Of a stretch of DNA of 64,000 bases, positions 36,663 through 45,620 are shown piece by piece. The notes under the pieces were generated by a model. The model had not been told where the DNA came from and did not search any database. It saw only the letters and a program-made list of their open reading frames with translations. A program made the translations under genes and the position numbers. Within the stretch, counting starts at the first letter, position 1; each line of letters starts with the position of its first letter. The stretch spans positions 17,951 to 81,950 of the forward strand of contig SVNI01000003.1 in assembly GCA_015066975.1 (NCBI GenBank), read 5' to 3'. Origin of the DNA: Ruminococcus sp. (GTDB taxonomy: Bacteria > Bacillota > Clostridia > Oscillospirales > Ruminococcaceae).

Positions 36663-37097
36663 TTATTTTGTAGCTTCTTCAAGCATCTGCTTCATTTCTT
36701 CTTTTTCTTTATCGGTTTTGGCATAGCGCATCATGCATCTTTCAAAGATTTCAGAAGGCGTATTTTTTTGATAATCTTCCAGAACAGTGCGAATTTCATT
36801 TCTGAAATCTTCCGGCAGTGTGTCATTCTTCACGAGCGTTGATAAATACACTACCTGAGAGGCTTCTCTGGCATCTGAGAGGGCAGTTTTTTCGTCATCG
36901 GAAAGGGTATCGGGAGCATTTTCGGCTTTTTCGGATGCTTTCTTATACTTCAGATAGAAAGCTCTGTCGGCTGGGCGGTGCTTGTCTTTAAATTCGTTCT
37001 GTGCCTTTTCTACAAGGACATCCATTTTTTCACAGGCTTTGAAATTGGCGATACCGCTCTTTATCATATCACCCATAGCTTTGAGACCTTCAAACAT
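36663..37097 (-). CDS. hypothetical helical protein (144 aa)
   Basis: ATG 37097 with AAGGAA upstream and its own promoter. Lys/Glu-rich, with no recognisable family. Confidence 0.5.
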   Translation of the reverse strand: MFEGLKAMGDMIKSGIANFKACEKMDVLVEKAQNEFKDKHRPADRAFYLKYKKASEKAENAPDTLSDDEKTALSDAREASQVVYLSTLVKNDTLPEDFRNEIRTVLEDYQKNTPSEIFERCMMRYAKTDKEKEEMKQMLEEATK

Positions 37098-37142
37098 AGA
37101 AATTTCCTTCTTTCTGTTAAAATTTATAAATTTTGTAATTTT

Positions 37143-37171
37143 ATTATAGCACAGAATCATTTTTATGTCAA
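37143..37171 (-). promoter_or_regulatory. promoter of the 36663-37097 gene
   Basis: On the minus strand: TTGACA (37171-37166), 17 nt, TGc-TATAAT (37148-37143). Confidence 0.55.
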
Positions 37172-37188
37172 GATTATGAAATAAAAAA

Positions 37189-37392
37189 TCAGGAATCTGT
37201 CTTGTCACCCTGCCCGTAGTAAGTATAAATTGCATCATCCGGATGTATAAGATAGTTTTCCAGCGGAACAGGAGGAAATCCGTCTTTTAAAAAAATTGCA
37301 GTCCATTCTCTGTAAAAATTAAGTTTTTCAAGAATAGCATCATCTGACCAGCCCATTGCTTTCATTTTTTGAGCGAATTCTGCTTCCGTCAT
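37189..37392 (-). CDS. hypothetical small protein (67 aa)
   Basis: ORF only (MTEAEFAQKMKAMGWSDDAILEKL...). It lies immediately downstream of the tRNA pair. Confidence 0.4.
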   Translation of the reverse strand: MTEAEFAQKMKAMGWSDDAILEKLNFYREWTAIFLKDGFPPVPLENYLIHPDDAIYTYYGQGDKTDS

Positions 37393-37450
37393 AGCCTGTC
37401 ATCTCCATATTTAAGAAAAAATAAAAATTCCGGTATTTTCATACCGGAAC

Positions 37451-37535
37451 TGGTGGGAGAGGATGGATTCGAACCATCGAAGCAAGAAGCAACAGATTTA
37501 CAGTCTGCCCCCTTTGGCCACTCGGGAACTCTCCC
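37451..37535 (-). tRNA. tRNA-Tyr (anticodon GUA), long variable arm, CCA encoded
   Basis: Reverse complement is GGGAGAGTTCCCGAGTGGCCAAAGGGGGCAGACTGTAAATCTGTTGCTTCTTGCTTCGATGGTTCGAATCCATCCTCTCCCACCA. Confidence 0.9.
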
Positions 37536-37561
37536 AATATTGAATTTTATCAGTAAGAAAA

Positions 37562-37637
37562 TGGAGCTGGTGGACGGACTCGAACCCCCGACCTGCTGAT
37601 TACAAATCAGCTGCTCTACCAACTGAGCTACACCAGC
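37562..37637 (-). tRNA. tRNA-Thr (anticodon UGU), CCA encoded
   Basis: Reverse complement is GCTGGTGTAGCTCAGTTGGTAGAGCAGCTGATTTGTAATCAGCAGGTCGGGGGTTCGAGTCCGTCCACCAGCTCCA. My fold has one G:G mismatch in the T-stem. Confidence 0.85.
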
Positions 37638-37678
37638 ATTTTCTTTGCTGTATCGTCTCTTGCCTGACGACAGTATTT

Positions 37679-37707
37679 ATTATATCACAAGTCTGTTCAT
37701 TTGTCAA
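37679..37707 (-). promoter_or_regulatory. promoter of the tRNA-Thr/tRNA-Tyr pair
   Basis: On the minus strand: TTGACA (37707-37702), 17 nt, TATAAT (37684-37679). Confidence 0.65.
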
Positions 37708-37812
37708 GCGTTTTTTCAAAAAAATTTCAAAAATTTTTTTATTGTGAAAAATAAATAAATCTCAACAGAATTTTTCGTTCAAAATTCTGCCGGGTGCTTT
37801 TTGTCCAAACCC

Positions 37813-37841
37813 TTGACTTTTTGCAGAAAAAAGAGTATCAT
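37813..37841 (+). promoter_or_regulatory. promoter of guaB
   Basis: TTGACT (37813-37818), 17 nt, TATCAT (37836-37841). Confidence 0.5.
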
Positions 37842-37872
37842 AAAAATAATACCTTATATATTAATATTTTAG

Positions 37873-39357
<1,485 letters not shown>

Positions 39358-39371
39358 ATTAATTAAAAATT

Positions 39372-40856
39372 ATGATGAATCAGCCTGTGAATTTCTATCA
39401 GATCACTCGCTGTACAGAAACAAATGCTTTCACAGCCATGCTCCGCTATCAGAGCGGTAACTTCGCTGTGAAAGCTAAATCCAAAGAAATCGACTCCATG
39501 AAAATACTCGCTGATGCGTTATATTCTCATGGAGTTGCTGTTTCTGAAATGGACGGCTTCTTTCTGTCAGTGAGTTTCCGCTTCGGAAAAGAATTTGATT
39601 TGCTTAAAATCAATGATTCCGCCTGTCTGAATCTGGAACTAAAAAGCACATTGCAGAATTATTCCTCCGAACAGGCAGAAGAAAAAATCCGCAGTCAGCT
39701 ACGGAAAAATAAACATTATCTCTCTGTTCTGGGAAGAAAATTATATCTCTACACTGTCGTAACGGATTCCATGAAATGCTATCGCATGTCAGAAGACGGC
39801 GGATTCAAAGAAATCTGCTTTTCTGAAATCGTATCAGCCGTGAAGCACTTCTTCGGCGCGTATCTCTCCGATATTGAAAGTCTGTTCCGGCCGTCGGAAT
39901 ATCTGGTTTCTCCGCTGAATCATTCCAGAAAATTTCTGGAGCATATCTATTTTCTGACCCACGACCAGGAAGAAAAGAAAAAAGAAATTCTCGAAAAAAT
40001 GCGTTCGAATTCTGTCATGTTCGGCCTGACCGGGGAAGCTGGTACGGGCAAGACCCTCATGCTCTATGATATTGCAAGAGAACTCGCACAGGATGCGCCT
40101 GTTCTGACGATACACTGCGCTTCGGAAATTCCTGTCGGACTTTCAGCAATCGAACATCAGATTCAGAATCTGAAAATTCTCCGCCCGAAAGATTTTCAGA
40201 ATCAGGACTTGTCCGCCGTTCTGAATAAGTATCAGTATATTCTTACAGACGAAACACAGAGAGTCTATTCCGGTCTGATGACACAGATTTATAACTATAT
40301 CCGGAACAAGCACAAGTCTGCATTTATCTGTTTTGATTCCAGACAGACACTCAGCGTTCAGGAGGAGAATCAGAATATTGCACAATGGGCATATCAGCAC
40401 TGTGATAAAATCTATACGCTGAAAAATACTATCCGGACGAATGCCGAAATCATGCACTTTATCCGGAAACTGCACAATCTGAACTATCACATTCCGGCGC
40501 AGGTGCAGGCGGAACTGCCTGAACATGTCCGCATCTGCTATGCTGGAAATGGTCTCGAAACAGATAACTTTCTGGATTATTACAGACTTCCCGGAAATGG
40601 ACGGTATCAGTTTATTTCTCTCGATTCCTGTAATGCCGTTATCGGGCAGGAATTCGATAATGTCATGTTGATTCTGGACAAGATATTCTATTATGATGAA
40701 AATCAGAAACTCTGCGCTCATAATAATCAGGAATTTTTGTATATGCACAGGCTCTATCAGGCACTGACACGCGCAAGAGACAGGCTCGTGCTGATTATCA
40801 CAGATAAAAATTTATTCATGCAGATGATTTCTGCGTTAGGAGATGAACTATCATGA
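39372..40856 (+). CDS. PD-(D/E)xK/NERD-like nuclease domain fused to a P-loop SF1/DUF2075-like ATPase (494 aa)
   Basis: N-domain EFD76LLKINDSACLNLE89LK91 followed by Q109LRKNKHY116. LTHDQEEKKKEIL. Walker A GEAGTGKT (40032-40055). Walker B YILTDETQR. C-terminal VIGQEFDNVMLIL and LYQALTRARDRLVLII. No Shine-Dalgarno sequence before ATG 39372. Confidence 0.7.
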   Translation: MMNQPVNFYQITRCTETNAFTAMLRYQSGNFAVKAKSKEIDSMKILADALYSHGVAVSEMDGFFLSVSFRFGKEFDLLKINDSACLNLELKSTLQNYSSEQAEEKIRSQLRKNKHYLSVLGRKLYLYTVVTDSMKCYRMSEDGGFKEICFSEIVSAVKHFFGAYLSDIESLFRPSEYLVSPLNHSRKFLEHIYFLTHDQEEKKKEILEKMRSNSVMFGLTGEAGTGKTLMLYDIARELAQDAPVLTIHCASEIPVGLSAIEHQIQNLKILRPKDFQNQDLSAVLNKYQYILTDETQRVYSGLMTQIYNYIRNKHKSAFICFDSRQTLSVQEENQNIAQWAYQHCDKIYTLKNTIRTNAEIMHFIRKLHNLNYHIPAQVQAELPEHVRICYAGNGLETDNFLDYYRLPGNGRYQFISLDSCNAVIGQEFDNVMLILDKIFYYDENQKLCAHNNQEFLYMHRLYQALTRARDRLVLIITDKNLFMQMISALGDELS

Positions 40857-41284
40857 TTAACTGGTTAAACAAACAAGAGGAAGCATGGGAAGGTACGTTC
40901 CGGAGCGAATTCTTCCGGAATGAGGATAATCAGAATGAATTATTCGTATGTGCCGAAGCTCCCGTTGATACCGATTATGCGGAAAAAGCAATTGAAAATT
41001 TCAACGCTCTGCCGGAAGATGTCATTCAGGAAATCTGCAAAGGCATTGTCAGACTCGCAGGGCAGGGCGGAATAAATGAAGATTTCACCCTTCCGGAACT
41101 TTCCGTTCCTGAAGAAATTCTCGAATACTGCTGGTTTACAACGCTCTATATCAACGTACAGGAAAACGGTGAAATTATTCTCGAAGGTGAGGGAGAATGG
41201 GAAGAAGTTATCGACATTGTGCTGAAAAATAATCAGATTGTCTATATCGGAACGGAGTATTTTGATTATGATTCAGAATCTTGA
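40853..41284 (+). CDS. small acidic protein, paralogue A (143 aa), unknown family
   Basis: Its ATG overlaps the stop of the ATPase gene (ATGA), with AGGAG 10 nt upstream. It shares WEGTF.S.FFR, YAEKAIENFNALPEDVI, ILEYCWF, EGEGEW and Y.GTEY with the next two ORFs. Confidence 0.7.
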   Translation: MINWLNKQEEAWEGTFRSEFFRNEDNQNELFVCAEAPVDTDYAEKAIENFNALPEDVIQEICKGIVRLAGQGGINEDFTLPELSVPEEILEYCWFTTLYINVQENGEIILEGEGEWEEVIDIVLKNNQIVYIGTEYFDYDSES

Positions 41285-41696
41285 GTATGATGAAGAAGGC
41301 ATCGGAGAGGGAACTTTCAAGAGCCGTTACTTCCGTGATGATATGGGGGAAGATGAATTTACAGTCTATCTCAAAGGTAAATCTTTTCTCGGCTATGCGG
41401 AAGAATGTGTTCAGCATTTCAATGCTCTGCCGGAATCTGTGATAAATGACATCTGTCAGAAAATCATAGAGTATGTACAGCAGGATTATGAAGATTTTCC
41501 GCTTCCGGCGTTCGGAAAGCCTACAGAAATTCTGAATTACTGCGGATTCGGTTCGCTTGAAATCGGCTGTCCGAAACATGGAATCGCTTATGTGATACAG
41601 GGCGAAGGCGACTGGGGAGACTCTTTTGAAGTCATTATCAAAAACGGTCAGCCCGTCTATGCCGGAACAGAATATTTATACGAAGATTGGAGTTAA
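41268..41696 (+). CDS. small acidic protein, paralogue B (142 aa)
   Basis: GGAG lies 10 nt before ATG 41268, and the ORF overlaps paralogue A by 17 nt. Motifs: GIGEGTFKSRYFRDDMG, VQHFNALP, ILNYC, QGEGDWG. Confidence 0.7.
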   Translation: MIQNLEYDEEGIGEGTFKSRYFRDDMGEDEFTVYLKGKSFLGYAEECVQHFNALPESVINDICQKIIEYVQQDYEDFPLPAFGKPTEILNYCGFGSLEIGCPKHGIAYVIQGEGDWGDSFEVIIKNGQPVYAGTEYLYEDWS

Positions 41697-41699
41697 ATC

Positions 41700-42131
41700 A
41701 TGATAAAATTCAATTATGCTCCCGACGGCATCGGAGAAGGCACTTTCAAGAGCAGATATTTCAGAGACGATATGGGCAGTGATGAATTTCTCGTCTATAT
41801 TTTCAGTAAAGATTATGCCAAGTATGCCGAAAAATGCGTTCAGCATTTCAACAGTCTGCCGGATAATGTCATTAATGTGATTTGCTATCATATCATTGAA
41901 TCTGCAAAGCAGAATCTGCATAACCCCGGCTTTGTCCTTCCGGAACTTGAAAAAAATACCGATATTCTGAATTACTGCTGGTTTAAAGCCATGATAGTCA
42001 GCATTCCCGGTGATGATTCCAAAGCTTCTTACATCATGCAGGGCGAGGGCGACTGGGGCGAAATGATTGGCTTTGTTGTCACGGAAGATACTGTCACCTA
42101 TGTAGGGAAAAATTATATGCCCAATCGCTAA
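41700..42131 (+). CDS. small acidic protein, paralogue C (143 aa)
   Basis: GGAG lies 7 nt before the ATG, with a 3-nt gap after paralogue B. Same motif set: GIGEGTFKSRYFRDDMG, VQHFNSLP, ILNYCWF, QGEGDWG. Confidence 0.7.
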   Translation: MIKFNYAPDGIGEGTFKSRYFRDDMGSDEFLVYIFSKDYAKYAEKCVQHFNSLPDNVINVICYHIIESAKQNLHNPGFVLPELEKNTDILNYCWFKAMIVSIPGDDSKASYIMQGEGDWGEMIGFVVTEDTVTYVGKNYMPNR

Positions 42132-42148
42132 AAATTTCTGAAAACCCC

Positions 42149-42177
42149 TTGCAAAAGTGTAAATCTTATGTTACAAT
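42149..42177 (+). promoter_or_regulatory. promoter of the second GH94 gene
   Basis: TTGCAA (42149-42154), 17 nt, TGt-TACAAT (42172-42177). Confidence 0.55.
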
Positions 42178-42211
42178 AAAAATATAAAACTTTTCTAAAA
42201 GGAGAGAAAGT

Positions 42212-44608
42212 ATGCAATACGGATATTTTGATTTGAAAAACAAAGAGTATGTGATTACCCGCCCCGATACCCCTGCACCATGGGTTAACTATTTAGGTTC
42301 TCCTGAATATGGCGCAATCATTTCCAACAATGCCGCCGGATACAGTTTCGTGCAGTCCGGTGCGAACGGCAGAATTGCACGTTTCCGGTTCAATTCCATG
42401 ATGGCTCTGCCCGGCAGATATATCTATCTGCGCGATATGGATTCTAATGACTACTGGTCTGCAACATGGCAGCCTGTCGGCAAGTCCCTCGAAGAATACA
42501 AGAGCGTATGCCGTCACGGTACAGCATATTCTGTTATGACAAGCGATTATTCTGCTGTCAATACAGAAACAACTTACTATGTTCCTGCCGGTCAGACTTA
42601 TGAAGTTTGGAGAACCAAAATTACAAACAATGATACCAAGGCAAGAAAGCTTTCTGTATTCGGATTTATCGAATTCACAAACGATAACAATTACGAACAG
42701 GACCAGGTAAACCTTCAGTATACATTGTTTATTACCAGAACTGAACGCAAGGGCAATAAAATTCTCCAGCATATCAACGAGAATTCCGGCAAGTGGGCTG
42801 ACGGCTCTAACCATAAGGAAAGATTTTTCGGCATGGCTGGCGCAGAAGTGCTCGACGGCTGCGGAAGTCTGGAACAGTTCATCGGACCTTACAGAACCTA
42901 TTCTAATCCGATTATGGTCGAAAAAGGCAAGTGCGACGATTCTATGAACTTCAATTCCAATGCCTGCGGTGCGCTCCGGACAGAAATCACTCTCCAGCCC
43001 GGCGAATCCAAAGAATTAATCTATTTCTTAGGCCAGAAAAATGATGCAGAATCTGCTGAAATCCTCAAAGCTTACGAACAGCCCGGAAAAGTTGATGCCG
43101 AACTCGCAGAGCTGAAATCCTACTGGCACGGCAAACTTGCTAATTTCGAGGTAGAAACACCTTCTGAAGAATTCAATAACATGATGAATGTCTGGAATGC
43201 ATATCAGTGCTTTATCACGTTCATCTGGTCGAGAGCAGCTTCTTTTATCTACTGCGGATTAAGAAACGGCTATGGCTACAGAGATACTGTTCAGGATATT
43301 CAGGGTATTATCCATCTTGACCCCGAAATGGCTGCCGAAAAAATCAGATTCATGCTTTCCGCTCAGGTCGATAACGGCGGCGGTCTGCCTCTGGTAAAAT
43401 TCAATCATAATGCCGGTCACGAAAATACTCCCGATGACCCCGAATATGTCAAGGAAACAGGCCACCCGTCCTACCGTGCTGATGATGCCCTCTGGCTGTT
43501 CCCGACTATCGTGAAATATATCGGTGAAAGCGGTAATGCTGGTTTCCTAGACGAAGTTATCGTCTATGCTAACGGCGGTGAAGATACCGTTTATGAACAT
43601 CTCAAGAGAGCTATCAAATTCTCTATGGAACATATGGGCGGTCATGATATGCCTGCCGGTCTCCATGCTGACTGGAACGACTGCCTGAGACTCGGTGCTA
43701 AGGGCGAATCTACTTTCGTCGCATTCCAGCTCTATTACGCTATGAGCGTTATCAGAGATATGGCAGAATCCAAAAACGATACGGATTATATCAAGTATAT
43801 CGACGACGTGCAGAAGAAACTCGGCGATTCTCTCGAAAAGTGCTGGGATGAAGACAGATTCATCAGAGGTATCAGAGAAGACGGTGTTATCGTCGGTGCA
43901 AAGAAAGACCCCGAAGCTAATATGTGGCTCAATCCGCAGAGCTGGTCTGTTATCTCCAAGTTTGCAAGCGATGAACAGGCTGACAAAGCTATGAACAGTG
44001 TTCACGAAATTCTGAATACGCCTTACGGTGCAAAGCTCCTCGAACCGCCCTATAAAGAACATTATTTCGACGGTGCACTAATGCATATCTTCAATGCGGA
44101 TACCAAAGAAAACGGCGGTATCTTCTCCCAGTCGCAGGGCTGGCTGATTCTTGCCGAAGGTCTGCTCGGACACGGCGACAGAGCTTTTGAATATTTCCTC
44201 GAAAGCTCCCCGGCTACTCTGAACGATAAGGCGGAAATCAGAGTGCTCGAACCGTATGTTCACGGACAGTTCACCGAAGCAAAGCATTCTCCGTTTGCAG
44301 GACGTTCCCACGTTCACTGGCTGACAGGTACGGCTTCTACGGTAATGGTCGGCTGTACAGAGGGTATCTGCGGTATTCGTCCGGATGCTGACGGCATCAC
44401 GATTTCTCCCTCGATTCCTTCCGCATGGGACGGCTTCAAGATGAAGAAGAATTTCAGAGGCAAAAAGCTGAATATCTCCGTTGAGAATCCGAATCATGTG
44501 CAGAGCGGTGTGAAATCCGTATCTGTCAACGGAACAGTTCAGGAAAGTGCCTATATCAAGGCATCTGACCTGACTGAAACTAATGAAATCATTATCACAT
44601 TAGGCTAA
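42212..44608 (+). CDS. GH94 glycoside phosphorylase (chitobiose/cellobionic-acid-phosphorylase-like clade; specificity unknown)
   Basis: MQYGYFDLKNKEYVITRPDTPAPWVNYLG...GRYIYLRDMDSNDYWS. 798 aa. Same fold family as 6065-8524 but clearly diverged from it. Confidence 0.8.
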   Translation: MQYGYFDLKNKEYVITRPDTPAPWVNYLGSPEYGAIISNNAAGYSFVQSGANGRIARFRFNSMMALPGRYIYLRDMDSNDYWSATWQPVGKSLEEYKSVCRHGTAYSVMTSDYSAVNTETTYYVPAGQTYEVWRTKITNNDTKARKLSVFGFIEFTNDNNYEQDQVNLQYTLFITRTERKGNKILQHINENSGKWADGSNHKERFFGMAGAEVLDGCGSLEQFIGPYRTYSNPIMVEKGKCDDSMNFNSNACGALRTEITLQPGESKELIYFLGQKNDAESAEILKAYEQPGKVDAELAELKSYWHGKLANFEVETPSEEFNNMMNVWNAYQCFITFIWSRAASFIYCGLRNGYGYRDTVQDIQGIIHLDPEMAAEKIRFMLSAQVDNGGGLPLVKFNHNAGHENTPDDPEYVKETGHPSYRADDALWLFPTIVKYIGESGNAGFLDEVIVYANGGEDTVYEHLKRAIKFSMEHMGGHDMPAGLHADWNDCLRLGAKGESTFVAFQLYYAMSVIRDMAESKNDTDYIKYIDDVQKKLGDSLEKCWDEDRFIRGIREDGVIVGAKKDPEANMWLNPQSWSVISKFASDEQADKAMNSVHEILNTPYGAKLLEPPYKEHYFDGALMHIFNADTKENGGIFSQSQGWLILAEGLLGHGDRAFEYFLESSPATLNDKAEIRVLEPYVHGQFTEAKHSPFAGRSHVHWLTGTASTVMVGCTEGICGIRPDADGITISPSIPSAWDGFKMKKNFRGKKLNISVENPNHVQSGVKSVSVNGTVQESAYIKASDLTETNEIIITLG

Positions 44609-44615
44609 AAAAATA

Positions 44616-44646
44616 TCCCCGGCTGTGCAAGCCGGGGAATTTTTTA
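44616..44646. terminator. terminator between the GH94 gene and the convergent coiled-coil gene
   Basis: TCCCCGGCT / AGCCGGGGA hairpin followed by ATTTTTTAT. Confidence 0.7.
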
Positions 44647-45171
44647 TAGTATATCGTGATATTTCATCCAGTAATCTGCTTTCTGATAAGCGAGCTGTTC
44701 TTTCTGCATTATCAGAGCGGTTTCGCTGTTGGAAGCAGAAATCTGTGCATACTGTGAAGCAACAAGAGAATTCTGTTCGGTATTGACTGCGCTTTCCTGA
44801 ATGCGCTGTAAAGATGCAATCATCTGTTGATTCTGACTGAAAAGCATTTTGTTTGTCTGTGCCTGTTGTAGAATCATTTCTCCCTGATTGCTGATAATCT
44901 CATCCAGTTTCTTTTTAATGGCATCCAGATTTGCCTGAATCAGAGCACTTTGCAGACTTTGCTGAGAGGTGGACAGATAATCATAGAGATAATAAACTCC
45001 CTCGATATTGCGGAACTGCAACGGAATGATATTTGCAGAATAGGCTCTTGAAAGTGCGGATTTGAGCTGATTTTGTTCGGCTTCGATTTCTGCGATAAGC
45101 TGGTTAATCTCCTGTTCGAGTTTTTTTATTTCTAATTCTTCCTGTTGTTTTTCCTGATTGAAAGCATTCAT
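44644..45171 (-). CDS. Gln/Asn-rich coiled-coil protein (175 aa), unknown function
   Basis: ORF with strong heptad character (EELEIKKLEQEINQLIAEIEAEQNQL). No SD. TATAAT ends 6 nt before the ATG. Confidence 0.5.
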   Translation of the reverse strand: MNAFNQEKQQEELEIKKLEQEINQLIAEIEAEQNQLKSALSRAYSANIIPLQFRNIEGVYYLYDYLSTSQQSLQSALIQANLDAIKKKLDEIISNQGEMILQQAQTNKMLFSQNQQMIASLQRIQESAVNTEQNSLVASQYAQISASNSETALIMQKEQLAYQKADYWMKYHDIL

Positions 45172-45371
45172 TTGCGTATTATAGTCAGCAAGCTGTCTCT
45201 GATAGTTTCTTTATTTTTTCAGTGAATAAAACTTTATACTTTCTATTTTACACAAAAAAAAATACAACTATTTTTTCAAAAAATCTTCAAAAATTGTTTT
45301 TTTTAAATAAAAAATGCCGGATTTTGCAAATCAAAGTTAGCAAAATCCGACATATGGATTATCATGCTTTT

Positions 45372-45578
45372 TTATCTGCCCAGTTTGCGCTTGTTGCCGT
45401 TTTCATCCATGATGTAAGTATGCTCAAGCTGGGCAACCAGATTCCTGCGGAATGCAGAAATATATTCATTTCTAAGCTGAGTCTGTTCCTGTTTTTCTTC
45501 TTCGGTCAGGCCTTCGGCCTTGGACTTCCGCGCCAGTTCGTTGATGCGCTGAATTAAACTCTGTTCCAAAATTATCAC
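45372..45578 (-). CDS. DUF896 (YnzC-like, UPF0291) protein
   Basis: LIQRINELARKSKAEGLTEEEKQEQTQLRNEYISAFRRNL resembles B. subtilis YnzC. The start is ambiguous between GTG 45578 and TTG 45569. Confidence 0.7.
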   Translation of the reverse strand: MIILEQSLIQRINELARKSKAEGLTEEEKQEQTQLRNEYISAFRRNLVAQLEHTYIMDENGNKRKLGR

Positions 45579-45589
45579 ACTCCTGAATT

Positions 45590-45620
45590 AAAAAAACGAG
45601 CGATGGGGAGAAACCATCGC
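45590..45620 (-). terminator. intrinsic terminator (minus strand)
   Basis: Minus-strand GCGATGG-UUUCUCC-CCATCGC followed by TCGTTTTTTT. Confidence 0.7.
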
